Origin: a virus
Length of the DNA: 39,024 nt
Strand: one strand, 5' to 3'
IMG/VR virus record: IMGVR_UViG_3300029858_000025
Shown piece after piece: positions 6,801-14,148 of the stretch. Below the pieces are notes generated by a model. It was given only the letters and a program-made list of their open reading frames with translations, was not told the origin of the DNA and made no database searches. The position numbers were made by a program, and so were the translations under genes. Each line of letters opens with the position of its first letter. The stretch's first letter is position 1.

Positions 6801-7526
6801 ATGCAGCGGGTACGGCGTGATATATATTCCGGCGTGGTGCTGGAGCGGATCATATACTCCGTGGGCGACAGGACGCAAAAACCCTACCGCCCGCGAAAAC
6901 CGAGGTTTAAGACGGACGAGGAACGGGCGCGGTTTAATTTTGAGGTAGCCCGCCGGGCCCATACCCGGCTGGTCAACGAAAACTTTACCCCGGCCTCGAT
7001 GTACAGCACATTGACCCAGGACGACGAGCACGAGGTACACGATTTTAAGGATTTCCGCCGCCTCTGCGTCAACTTCCGGCGCCGGCTGCTCTACGCCTAC
7101 CCCGAGGCAAAAATCGTTATCTACATGGGGCGCGGCAAAAACACCCACCGCATACACGCCCACATGCTGACGGACGGCATCCCGGAGGAGGCCATACGCA
7201 AACAATGGACGCTGGGCAGCGTCAATCGCTGCGAGCACCTCCGGGCGCACATCCACTATGACGGCATAGACCACGGCCCGGACTATACGGGGCTGGCCAA
7301 TTACTTGTTTAGTCACTGGACGCCGGAGCAGGGCGGGCACCATTACATGGCGACCCGCAACCTTGCCCCCTGCGGCAGGGAGCAGACAAAACCAATAAAA
7401 CGCAACTACACGCCGGCCAAACCGCCGCATACACCGAGGGACTATATCCTCGTCGAGAGCGGCGCGACAGAGTTCGGCTTTACCTATTTCAAGTATGTCA
7501 AAATCCCGCCCAAGCGGCGGTGTTAA
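6801..7526 (+). CDS. HUH-type rolling-circle replication initiator-like protein
   Basis: RBS AGGAGG. Ordered RCR-like motifs: YSTLTQ (motif 1), RIHAHMLTD (HUH) and ANYLFSH (Tyr motif). Confidence 0.55.
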   Translation: MQRVRRDIYSGVVLERIIYSVGDRTQKPYRPRKPRFKTDEERARFNFEVARRAHTRLVNENFTPASMYSTLTQDDEHEVHDFKDFRRLCVNFRRRLLYAYPEAKIVIYMGRGKNTHRIHAHMLTDGIPEEAIRKQWTLGSVNRCEHLRAHIHYDGIDHGPDYTGLANYLFSHWTPEQGGHHYMATRNLAPCGREQTKPIKRNYTPAKPPHTPRDYILVESGATEFGFTYFKYVKIPPKRRC

Positions 7527-7608
7527 GCGGCGCAAAGCGCAAGGCTTTTGCCGGGGCCTTGTAAATGCGTCGGATTTTACGACGATATCAAAAAGGAGGT
7601 AAAAACAA

Positions 7609-8058
7609 TTGCTGAAAGACTACACCATGACCCTCAACCGGGCGGGTATACCCGTATGGCGGCCTGCCCAACCGGTAATAGGCAAAGAGGACGAGCACCA
7701 GACCGCCCTGACCAACTGGGCGCGGATGATGCGGACGCAGTATCCAGCCCTGACGCTCTACCACCACATACCCAACGGCGGCTTACGCAATAAGCGCACC
7801 GCTGTGCGGCTGATGTGGCAGGGGGTACATTCCGGCGTACCGGACGTATTTATCCCTGCCGCCCGGGGCGGCTACCACGGCATATACGTCGAGCTCAAAA
7901 CTGGCGACAACCGTCCGACCCAAAATCAAAACGAGTTTATGAGCGGCGCCATGGCCGAGGGCTACTATTGCGCGGTCTGCTACGGCTGGCCCTGCGCCGC
8001 CGCGGTGATCGAGGACTATTTACAGATGGGCAAAACAGGAGGTGAGCGGCATGACTAA
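7609..8058 (+). CDS. VRR-NUC domain nuclease
   Basis: PD-(D/E)xK core GVPDVFI...GIYVELK. A TTG start lies 9 nt after GGAGG (alternative ATG at 7627). Confidence 0.75.
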   Translation: MLKDYTMTLNRAGIPVWRPAQPVIGKEDEHQTALTNWARMMRTQYPALTLYHHIPNGGLRNKRTAVRLMWQGVHSGVPDVFIPAARGGYHGIYVELKTGDNRPTQNQNEFMSGAMAEGYYCAVCYGWPCAAAVIEDYLQMGKTGGERHD

Positions 8059-8248
8059 CCACGAATACCTAAAACAGCAATCCGCCGAATGGCTGGCGGA
8101 CAAACTTGCCGAGATAGTGGACTGCGACTACTGCCCGGCGGCGGTTTATTGCGCCCGATGCAATGGACCATTCTACGAACTGGACATATCGGAATGTCGG
8201 AGAATGCTGGAAAACTGGCTGGGCACAGAAAGGACAGATAAACAATGA
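8051..8248 (+). CDS. Hypothetical Cys-rich protein (65 aa)
   Basis: ATG 8051 follows AGGAGGTGAGCGGC, an initiation region identical to that at 881-898. Confidence 0.55.
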   Translation: MTNHEYLKQQSAEWLADKLAEIVDCDYCPAAVYCARCNGPFYELDISECRRMLENWLGTERTDKQ

Positions 8249-8490
8249 GTGATTACATTAGTCTAAAAGTGCTTATAGCCAAGGTGGAAAAACAAAATTG
8301 CAACCCATGTAAGCGGCGAGGTGTTTACCTTGATGGAGAACAGTGTCGTTCTTGTGTGCTCAATAGGGTGCTTAAACAGTTACGAAGGATGCCTACCGTT
8401 GATGTTGCCCCGATGCGGTATGGGAAGTGGGTAACCAGGAATAAAAAGAAAAATACTGCCCCCAACCACGAGGCTAAGATGGACGAATAG
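8245..8490 (+). CDS. Hypothetical protein with the PTVDVAPMRYGKW module (81 aa)
   Basis: ATGA overlap with the upstream gene. CxxC pairs. Shares the motif with the three following genes. Confidence 0.6.
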   Translation: MSDYISLKVLIAKVEKQNCNPCKRRGVYLDGEQCRSCVLNRVLKQLRRMPTVDVAPMRYGKWVTRNKKKNTAPNHEAKMDE

Positions 8491-8506
8491 TGACAGGAGA
8501 ATAATT

Positions 8507-9196
8507 ATGGACGAAGTAAAAAACTACCCGCCTTATTTGGATTACCCAAAGTCATACACAGCGAGTGCAGATGAGCACAAACACAAAATAAAAACATCAT
8601 TCGCCAGAATTATTGTGGAAGGGACACCTGCAAAGCCATATTACAACATTGAATACTTTGACCCAACGGATAAGGAATACCATATTGGGTTTGGCTCGTA
8701 CTACCTCGATAATGTGTTTAATTGGTTTGCAGAGGAATTCGAGATCACAGAATCCCACACAGACACTGACACTGACTACATCAGCAGAGCAGCGTTGCTT
8801 GCTCGATACGATGCAGAGCACGTTGGCCCACCGGGCAGAGCAAGGGAATTGATTGCAACTGCTCCCGCCGCCGATGTTGTCCCCGTGGTGCATGGGGAGC
8901 TTACGGAGCGTATTCGTGAATTACTCCAGGCAGAGCAAGACGGACGGCTGTTGGTGCTCCCGTGCAAGGTCGGGGACAGAATATATCGAGTTATTGATGA
9001 TTGCACATTCCCCGGAGATTGCGGAACAAAACGGATGTGTAAAGGGTGCGAATATCGAAATTTGTTTATTGAAAAAACCACATTCCGCATGTATCTACTT
9101 ACTGATGAAGGGAAGTTACGACGAGGTTACTACCGTACCCGTGAAGAAGCCGAAAAGGCATTGAAGGATAACGCAGAAAGGACGGAGGGACAATGA
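8507..9196 (+). CDS. Hypothetical protein with the PAADVVPVVHG module (229 aa)
   Basis: RBS AGGAG. ORF-track product. Confidence 0.65.
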   Translation: MDEVKNYPPYLDYPKSYTASADEHKHKIKTSFARIIVEGTPAKPYYNIEYFDPTDKEYHIGFGSYYLDNVFNWFAEEFEITESHTDTDTDYISRAALLARYDAEHVGPPGRARELIATAPAADVVPVVHGELTERIRELLQAEQDGRLLVLPCKVGDRIYRVIDDCTFPGDCGTKRMCKGCEYRNLFIEKTTFRMYLLTDEGKLRRGYYRTREEAEKALKDNAERTEGQ

Positions 9197-9546
9197 GCAA
9201 AGAATATAAAGAGCATATAGAGCGCGAAGCGGCTAAGGAACGGCTTAGAATATGGATCACAGATTGCGTATTAGACGGGGACAATGAGGCGGCAGACTGT
9301 TTTAGGGACTGCATAGACCTCCTTGACAGTATTCCCGCCGTCGATGTTGCTCCGGCTGTGGAACTTGAAGATTTGAGGGCTAAGTATCAGGCACTCGTTG
9401 CTGAAAAAGCCAAGAATAGCGGAGACACGGCCGAAACGTATACAACGGGGTATCGCTATGGCCACAGAAACGGGCAGATTGAATTGCTCCAACAGATTTT
9501 GGGCATTTTCGATGGTGTAGGCGAGCCGGAGGAAACAAATGAGTAA
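9193..9546 (+). CDS. Hypothetical protein with the IPAVDVAPAV module (117 aa)
   Basis: ATGA overlap. N-terminal MSKEYKEHIEREAA resembles the next gene's MSKEYIDREKA. Confidence 0.65.
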   Translation: MSKEYKEHIEREAAKERLRIWITDCVLDGDNEAADCFRDCIDLLDSIPAVDVAPAVELEDLRAKYQALVAEKAKNSGDTAETYTTGYRYGHRNGQIELLQQILGIFDGVGEPEETNE

Positions 9547-9823
9547 AGAATATATAGACCGCGAAAAAGCGATATTGGCAGTAAGACACGCATGGGCAAA
9601 GGGGCTTGAGCCGACGCAATACATCGAGCAAATCCCCGCCGCCGATGTAGTGGAAGTGCGGCATGGACGGTGGGTTAGCGTACAACATAAACTTGCGAGG
9701 GTATGCTCGGTGTGCAATCGCGATGAACCGTACAAATTCGCTGATGTTGATGCAGATGTGTATAATTACTGCCCCAACTGCGGGGCGGAAATGGATAAGG
9801 AGGAAACTGATGAGCGAATTTAG
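9539..9823 (+). CDS. Hypothetical zinc-ribbon protein with the IPAADVVEVRHGRW module (94 aa)
   Basis: CSVC...CPNC zinc ribbon. Overlapping start. Confidence 0.65.
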   Translation: MSKEYIDREKAILAVRHAWAKGLEPTQYIEQIPAADVVEVRHGRWVSVQHKLARVCSVCNRDEPYKFADVDADVYNYCPNCGAEMDKEETDERI

Positions 9824-9998
9824 CAAAGGCGATATTGTTTGCAACAAATATGCTGGTTCAAATAACCCATGCCGATATTTGATGTATTTGGGCATTAGAG
9901 AAAATGACCCTTTGTATTTGGTGGGGCATTTGCCGGAGCTTCATAGTTTTTTAGCAGCATTGAGAGAGTTGAAGGATTTTAAGGAGGAGGAAAAATGA
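9810..9998 (+). CDS. Hypothetical protein (62 aa)
   Basis: ATG 9810 follows AAGGAGG. It is the internal start of ORF 9663-9998. Confidence 0.5.
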   Translation: MSEFSKGDIVCNKYAGSNNPCRYLMYLGIRENDPLYLVGHLPELHSFLAALRELKDFKEEEK

Positions 9999-10225
9999 AA
10001 CGAGTAATAGCAATAACAATATTAACCCTGCTGACCCTCGCCTTGTGCGGGTGCGGAAAGGCCGAAGCTGGTACTTACAGACTGCGAACGCTGGAAACGG
10101 GTGCATTGTATACGATATATGTCGATAACCTCACGGGCATACAATACCTAAAAACATACCAAGGCGGTGTGTGCGTAATGGTAGACGCAGAGGGAAGGCC
10201 GCTGATATGGGAGGGAGAAAAATGA
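9995..10225 (+). CDS. Small secreted lipoprotein candidate (76 aa)
   Basis: Signal peptide MKRVIAITILTLLTLALCGCGK with Cys after the hydrophobic core. RBS GGAGGAGG. Confidence 0.6.
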   Translation: MKRVIAITILTLLTLALCGCGKAEAGTYRLRTLETGALYTIYVDNLTGIQYLKTYQGGVCVMVDAEGRPLIWEGEK

Positions 10226-10566
10226 TAACGATCCACAACAACGAAGAGCCGCTGTACAAGTCGGCGAAGGAAATACACGAAAACGCCGTTACTCATGGCT
10301 GGTGGGACGAGCCTCGCAACCTGCTGGAGATTGTCGCCCTTTGCCATAGCGAACTGTCCGAGGCGGTAGAGGAATACCGTGCCGGCCGCGACATGATTTA
10401 CCCCGGCGTGGGCGGCAAGCCCGAGGGCATAGCCGTCGAAATGGCCGATTGCCTTATTAGGATACTGGACTGGTTCGGGCATGAGGAGCTGGACGTGGAC
10501 GAGATTGTGCGACAAAAGATGGCCTATAATCGTGGGCGGCCCTATAAGCACGGAAAGAAGTACTGA
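10222..10566 (+). CDS. MazG-like nucleotide pyrophosphohydrolase
   Basis: HSELSEAVEEYR and EMADCLIRILD metal-binding helices. ATGA overlap with the upstream gene. Confidence 0.75.
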   Translation: MITIHNNEEPLYKSAKEIHENAVTHGWWDEPRNLLEIVALCHSELSEAVEEYRAGRDMIYPGVGGKPEGIAVEMADCLIRILDWFGHEELDVDEIVRQKMAYNRGRPYKHGKKY

Positions 10567-10567
10567 A

Positions 10568-11044
10568 ATGAATGATAGAGAAAAGCGTTGGAGGGTTCGG
10601 GGGCAACTCCGCCGGTGGGGGAACACAGCAAACCTGTGCCGGAGGAAACAGGCCGAAATCGCGGAATATATCGGGCTGATCGATGCCGCTGTTGACACAC
10701 TGGGCGCACAGATCATTAGCGGAGTGCCGCGTGGGACGGATACGAGCGACCCCACAGCGTGGGCGGCACAAAAGGCGGAGGCACTGAGGGAAGCCTATCG
10801 CGGGCGGATAACCGAATTGCAAATTGATATATGCACTGCCCTGGATTTGGCGCGGCACATGGACGAGATCGTAACCGAGCTGCCCCCCGACCAACAGGAG
10901 GTTATCGACAAACGGTATAAGCGCCGCTGGGGGTGGGGCAGGATAGGCGCGAAATTATACATCAGCGATAGGCAAGCACAGCGCGTGGAGGCGGAGGCGG
11001 TCACGAGGCTTGCGGAATATATGGATTTTGAGCGGATGGAATAA
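10568..11044 (+). CDS. ArpU/RinA-like (sigma-70 region-4-like) late transcription regulator
   Basis: C-terminal LPPDQQEVIDKRYKRRWGWGRIGAKLYISDRQAQRVEAEAVTRL. It is the last gene of the early operon. Confidence 0.55.
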   Translation: MNDREKRWRVRGQLRRWGNTANLCRRKQAEIAEYIGLIDAAVDTLGAQIISGVPRGTDTSDPTAWAAQKAEALREAYRGRITELQIDICTALDLARHMDEIVTELPPDQQEVIDKRYKRRWGWGRIGAKLYISDRQAQRVEAEAVTRLAEYMDFERME

Positions 11045-11075
11045 AAAAAGGGGCTGCGTTGAGCGGCCCCTTTTT
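11043..11075. terminator. Bidirectional rho-independent terminator
   Basis: A7 run, 8-bp GC-rich stem (ggggctgc/gcggcccc, one G-U pair), T5 run. Lies between convergent units. Confidence 0.8.
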
Positions 11076-11104
11076 GCTGCGTTGTATCCTCGGACAACTT
11101 GAAA

Positions 11105-11290
11105 TCATATCGGCCGGAAGTTCCCGATCGTCTCCCAAATGACCCCCAGCCGGAAATCATATATCCCCACGCCGTCGCACTCTCGGCGGTAGATACGGGC
11201 GGCGGCGCGAGCCTGGGCGAGGGTGCTAAACTCCCGCCGCTCGTCGTGCCCCTCGTCCCTCGTCCATGTAATAACCTGATAACGCATCAT
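11105..11290 (-). CDS. Hypothetical protein (61 aa)
   Basis: ORF track. Its start overlaps the stop of the upstream gene (ATGA-type coupling). Confidence 0.5.
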   Translation of the reverse strand: MMRYQVITWTRDEGHDERREFSTLAQARAAARIYRRECDGVGIYDFRLGVIWETIGNFRPI

Positions 11291-11514
11291 GCTATGCCCT
11301 CCGTGTAAATGCTCGTCCCGTTACGTTTAAAGCACTCATTCCAATAATCCGCCAGCTCTTCAGCGGCTTTTTTTGTTGCACAGAGGTTAGCGGCCTGCAT
11401 TCCGGCGATCCTCTGCGAGATGTTCATAATGTTATCATTGCTGCTGACTGTCATAGTTCCTGCCCAATACTTACCGTTCTGCTGCGCAGAAAACGCGATA
11501 TAAAAGTTTTTCAT
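11287..11514 (-). CDS. Hypothetical protein (75 aa, MKNFYIAFSAQQNGKYWAG...)
   Basis: ATG 11514 follows AGGAGGTACAAT on the minus strand. Confidence 0.6.
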   Translation of the reverse strand: MKNFYIAFSAQQNGKYWAGTMTVSSNDNIMNISQRIAGMQAANLCATKKAAEELADYWNECFKRNGTSIYTEGIA

Positions 11515-11544
11515 ATTGTACCTCCTTAAAATCATACGGCGGCT

Positions 11545-12309
11545 TTACGCCGCCACAACCGTTATATTGCGGTAAAAATTTGTGTCGAAATAGTCAACCA
11601 TGCTATTGCTGCCGTCGTGGTGGTATGCGTCCAGCACTGCGTTAATCCGGTGCAGCTTTGCGCGGAACGCCTCAGTATAGATTTTATTGTCATCAATCCT
11701 GTAATGGTTAATGTCAGTTCTACCGGAAACGGCGGAATCATACTCGCGGGCGGCGTGGCTCCTGATTATGCGATGCTGCTCCTCATTACTGTATTTATCG
11801 CTGAATAGGGCGGTGTGGTGTATGCTCTCTCCGTCCTCGGTGACGAACCAGGCGGCGCGAAGGCCATATTTTCCAGCGTCGTAATCATTGATGTATTTCT
11901 CGCGGCTGATGAAGTCCTCGGCGGCGGCCTTAACCTTAACCGTGATTTCCTGCCCGCCGGTGAATGTTTTGCAGCTGACGGAAACGCCCTTAACGCCCTG
12001 CCGCTTCAGCTCCTCGCGAATCGCCTTTGACAGTTCCGCGCCGTGCAGGTATTTACCGGACTTGTTGCCGTCCCAGCGGGTAGCCCCTAAATAGCCCTCG
12101 GAGATCGTGCCGCCCAGCTCGTTATCATGCTCACCGATAGCCGCTAATATGTCATCCTGAGCGGCGAACCCGTACCAGCAGCCCTTCTTTGGGTTCCAGC
12201 GCATTTTCAGACCGCGAAGAGCGGTTAAAACCTCGGCGGCGGGTTTGCTTTCAAAATATATTTCATTGCTGTTATATTGTGCGTTCTTCTCGATTCTGTA
12301 GCTTGCCAT
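11545..12309 (-). CDS. Polyvalent-protein-associated / DUF3560-like domain protein (254 aa)
   Basis: N-terminal IYFESKPAAEVLTALRGLKMRWNPKKGCWYG pattern, typical of plasmid and phage accessory proteins. RBS GGAGG. Confidence 0.6.
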   Translation of the reverse strand: MASYRIEKNAQYNSNEIYFESKPAAEVLTALRGLKMRWNPKKGCWYGFAAQDDILAAIGEHDNELGGTISEGYLGATRWDGNKSGKYLHGAELSKAIREELKRQGVKGVSVSCKTFTGGQEITVKVKAAAEDFISREKYINDYDAGKYGLRAAWFVTEDGESIHHTALFSDKYSNEEQHRIIRSHAAREYDSAVSGRTDINHYRIDDNKIYTEAFRAKLHRINAVLDAYHHDGSNSMVDYFDTNFYRNITVVAA

Positions 12310-12354
12310 TTTGTAACCTCCATTGTTCGGGGTGGTTCCCCTTTCGATGTCTCT

Positions 12355-12383
12355 ATTATATACCGGTGCCAGTATATAGTCAA
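12355..12383 (-). promoter_or_regulatory. Consensus promoter TTGACT-17-TATAAT (minus strand) with TATATAC-N8-GTATATA palindrome in the spacer/-10
   Basis: -10 at 12355-12360, -35 at 12378-12383. Shares GGTATATAATAnAGACA with the promoter at 13678-13706. Confidence 0.65.
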
Positions 12384-12427
12384 CTAAAATATTGAGGGAA
12401 AAGCCTTAAAGAATTAGGTATATATAC

Positions 12428-12456
12428 TTGCACCGTGATATGAAAAATGATAGAAT
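12428..12456 (+). promoter_or_regulatory. Promoter TTGCAC-17-TAGAAT with TGn extension, for the RHH gene
   Basis: -35 at 12428-12433, -10 at 12451-12456. GGAGGTGA RBS and ATG 12475 lie downstream. Confidence 0.55.
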
Positions 12457-12474
12457 CTAATCGGAGGTGAGAAC

Positions 12475-12654
12475 ATGGGAACGGCTGCAACACGCGCAAA
12501 ACGGCGGTACGATGAAAAAACGTACAGCCGGATAATAATCAGGGTGAAAAAAGGCGAAGAAGAAAAAATAAAACAACGGGCGGAAAAATTAGGAAAAAGC
12601 GTTAACGCCTATATAACCGACCTGATCTATGAGGACATGGAAAAAGAGGGCTGA
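12475..12654 (+). CDS. Ribbon-helix-helix (CopG/Arc-like) DNA-binding protein, 59 aa
   Basis: Hand-translated: MGTAATRAKRRYDEKTYSRIIIRVKKGEEEKIKQRAEKLGKSVNAYITDLIYEDMEKEG. Shows beta-strand then helix-helix (KSVNAYI..LI). Below the ORF-track cutoff. Confidence 0.7.
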   Translation: MGTAATRAKRRYDEKTYSRIIIRVKKGEEEKIKQRAEKLGKSVNAYITDLIYEDMEKEG

Positions 12655-12665
12655 TATAGCCCTCT
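12641..12665 (-). terminator. Hairpin agagggc/gccctct followed by T5 on the minus strand
   Basis: Perfect 7-bp stem with a 7-nt loop. Sits at the stops of the convergent genes 12475-12654(+) and 12665-13138(-). Confidence 0.55.
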
Positions 12666-13138
12666 TATATCATTATTCCAAACTTTGCCGCGAGCAGTTC
12701 CCGCCGCGCTTGCGGTATCGGCTTGACCCCGGCACACCACGAATGCACGGCGGCCTTGCTCACCTCGCAGGCCTCGGCGGCCTGCTCCAGCGTCAGGCCA
12801 CGGGCCTTAAGCTGATCCCGCAAATACTCGCCGTCGCCGAGCACGGGAGCACACCGGCCCTGCATATAGGCAAGCTCCCATATGCCTTGCTGGTTGAGCG
12901 GCAGCGCGTGCTCGTCCTCGGTTATATCCTCTGCGCCTTGCAGCGCGTCCCGTATGGCTCTATCGACCTCCGGGGTAAGCTTGCGGTTAATAATCATATA
13001 CCGCAAGCCCTCACCCAGCCCACGGATGGGCCACATATTAGCTGTTTGCACCCGGCAGTGCGCCCCGACTATTTCGGGGAGCTGCGCCGCCATTATACCA
13101 TACGCCCGGCCCAGGGCCTTAACCGTGTTGTCTGTCAT
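12665..13138 (-). CDS. Protein with C-terminal XRE-like HTH (157 aa), an Aca-like candidate regulator
   Basis: C-terminal GLTLEQAAEACEVSKAAVHSWCAGVKPIP. It is the third gene of the leftward unit. Confidence 0.65.
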   Translation of the reverse strand: MTDNTVKALGRAYGIMAAQLPEIVGAHCRVQTANMWPIRGLGEGLRYMIINRKLTPEVDRAIRDALQGAEDITEDEHALPLNQQGIWELAYMQGRCAPVLGDGEYLRDQLKARGLTLEQAAEACEVSKAAVHSWCAGVKPIPQARRELLAAKFGIMI

Positions 13139-13163
13139 GTGCTCACCTCCGTTAATCCTGCGA

Positions 13164-13391
13164 TTATATTAGTCTTGGCCGCATCAAAGCGGCTAATTTT
13201 TGCGCGGGTTTGTAACCTCTGTCCTTTACCGCCTGATAGAGCGCCCGGATTTCTTCGGGTCTGCCGGTCGTAAACGTAACCGCCCCCCGTGGGGTGATGT
13301 CCACAAACCGCACAGCGGGGCAAAAACCGAGGTCATAACAGACCTCATCATATGTCATCTCAATTTTTTCACCGTTTTTCACTACCTGCAT
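13164..13391 (-). CDS. Hypothetical protein (75 aa)
   Basis: RBS AAGGAGGATAAG before the ATG at 13391. Confidence 0.6.
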   Translation of the reverse strand: MQVVKNGEKIEMTYDEVCYDLGFCPAVRFVDITPRGAVTFTTGRPEEIRALYQAVKDRGYKPAQKLAALMRPRLI

Positions 13392-13467
13392 TTTCTTATC
13401 CTCCTTTTTTGCCGCCGGGCTTGTGACCGGCCTGCCGCATTACCGCCCTCGCGGGCGTCACTCTGCA

Positions 13468-13647
13468 TTACTTGTATATCTTGACCGTCTCCCAACCGTC
13501 TATCGCGGCAGTAGTATTTAGCTCCTTTACGGGCAAGCGCTTGATTACGGCTATGCCCTGATTGATGATGCATTCATATTCATAACGGTAGGTTTTGGTG
13601 TCTACTGTCAATTCCTTCTTTACACGGTTCTCAAATGCTTTAGTCAT
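13468..13647 (-). CDS. Hypothetical protein (59 aa, MTKAFENRVKKELTVDTKTYRYEYECIINQG...)
   Basis: Hand-translated. GAGAGGAGATAAAAGCA precedes the ATG at 13647. Below the ORF-track cutoff. Confidence 0.55.
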   Translation of the reverse strand: MTKAFENRVKKELTVDTKTYRYEYECIINQGIAVIKRLPVKELNTTAAIDGWETVKIYK

Positions 13648-13677
13648 TGCTTTTATCTCCTCTCTTGTTATGTCTAT

Positions 13678-13706
13678 ATTATATACCTGTCAGATTAAAA
13701 AGTCAA
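13678..13706 (-). promoter_or_regulatory. Consensus promoter TTGACT-17-TATAAT (minus strand) driving the leftward island
   Basis: -10 at 13678-13683, -35 at 13701-13706, about 30 nt upstream of the first gene. Confidence 0.7.
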
Positions 13707-13767
13707 CCGAAAAGATAAACAAACTAAAATAATAAGGCAAATACTTTTGATACGAGAACCTAAAACC

Positions 13768-13799
13768 TGTCGTGAAATGTCGTGATCCATGCGCTATGA
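13768..13799 (+). promoter_or_regulatory. Tandem TGTCGTGA repeats (13768-13775, 13778-13785) next to a TATGAT -10-like hexamer (13794-13799). Candidate activator-dependent late promoter.
   Basis: Direct repeats are spaced 10 nt apart. No good -35 is present. Located upstream of the first late gene. Confidence 0.3.
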
Positions 13800-13866
13800 T
13801 TGCAGCATAGAGATGGGCCGCACGAGATGAGCGGCCTGTAAGCTTTATGGGGGCGCTAAAAGAACG

Positions 13867-14148
13867 ATGTATAAATGCAAAAGCTGCGGCGAGGTATTCG
13901 CCTCGCCGGTTGAAACGGAGGATTACCAACTATACGCAGAGCCGTTTGATGCCTGCCCGAAGTGCCGGAGCGAGTGGATCGCAGAATATGACCCCTGCCC
14001 GGTGTGCGGCAAAAATGAGCGCATGGACAGCCTGCCGGTATGCCGGGAGTGCGCCATAAAAGAGCTGGAGGCCATGGAGCGCGAGGGTAAGCTCTTCGGC
14101 GGCATTTGCCGCGGGGCACTGCTGCAACTGCTCAGGGGGCAGATATGA
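13867..14148 (+). CDS. Zinc-ribbon protein (93 aa)
   Basis: Four CxxC pairs (CKSC, CPKC, CPVC, CREC). Confidence 0.6.
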   Translation: MYKCKSCGEVFASPVETEDYQLYAEPFDACPKCRSEWIAEYDPCPVCGKNERMDSLPVCRECAIKELEAMEREGKLFGGICRGALLQLLRGQI

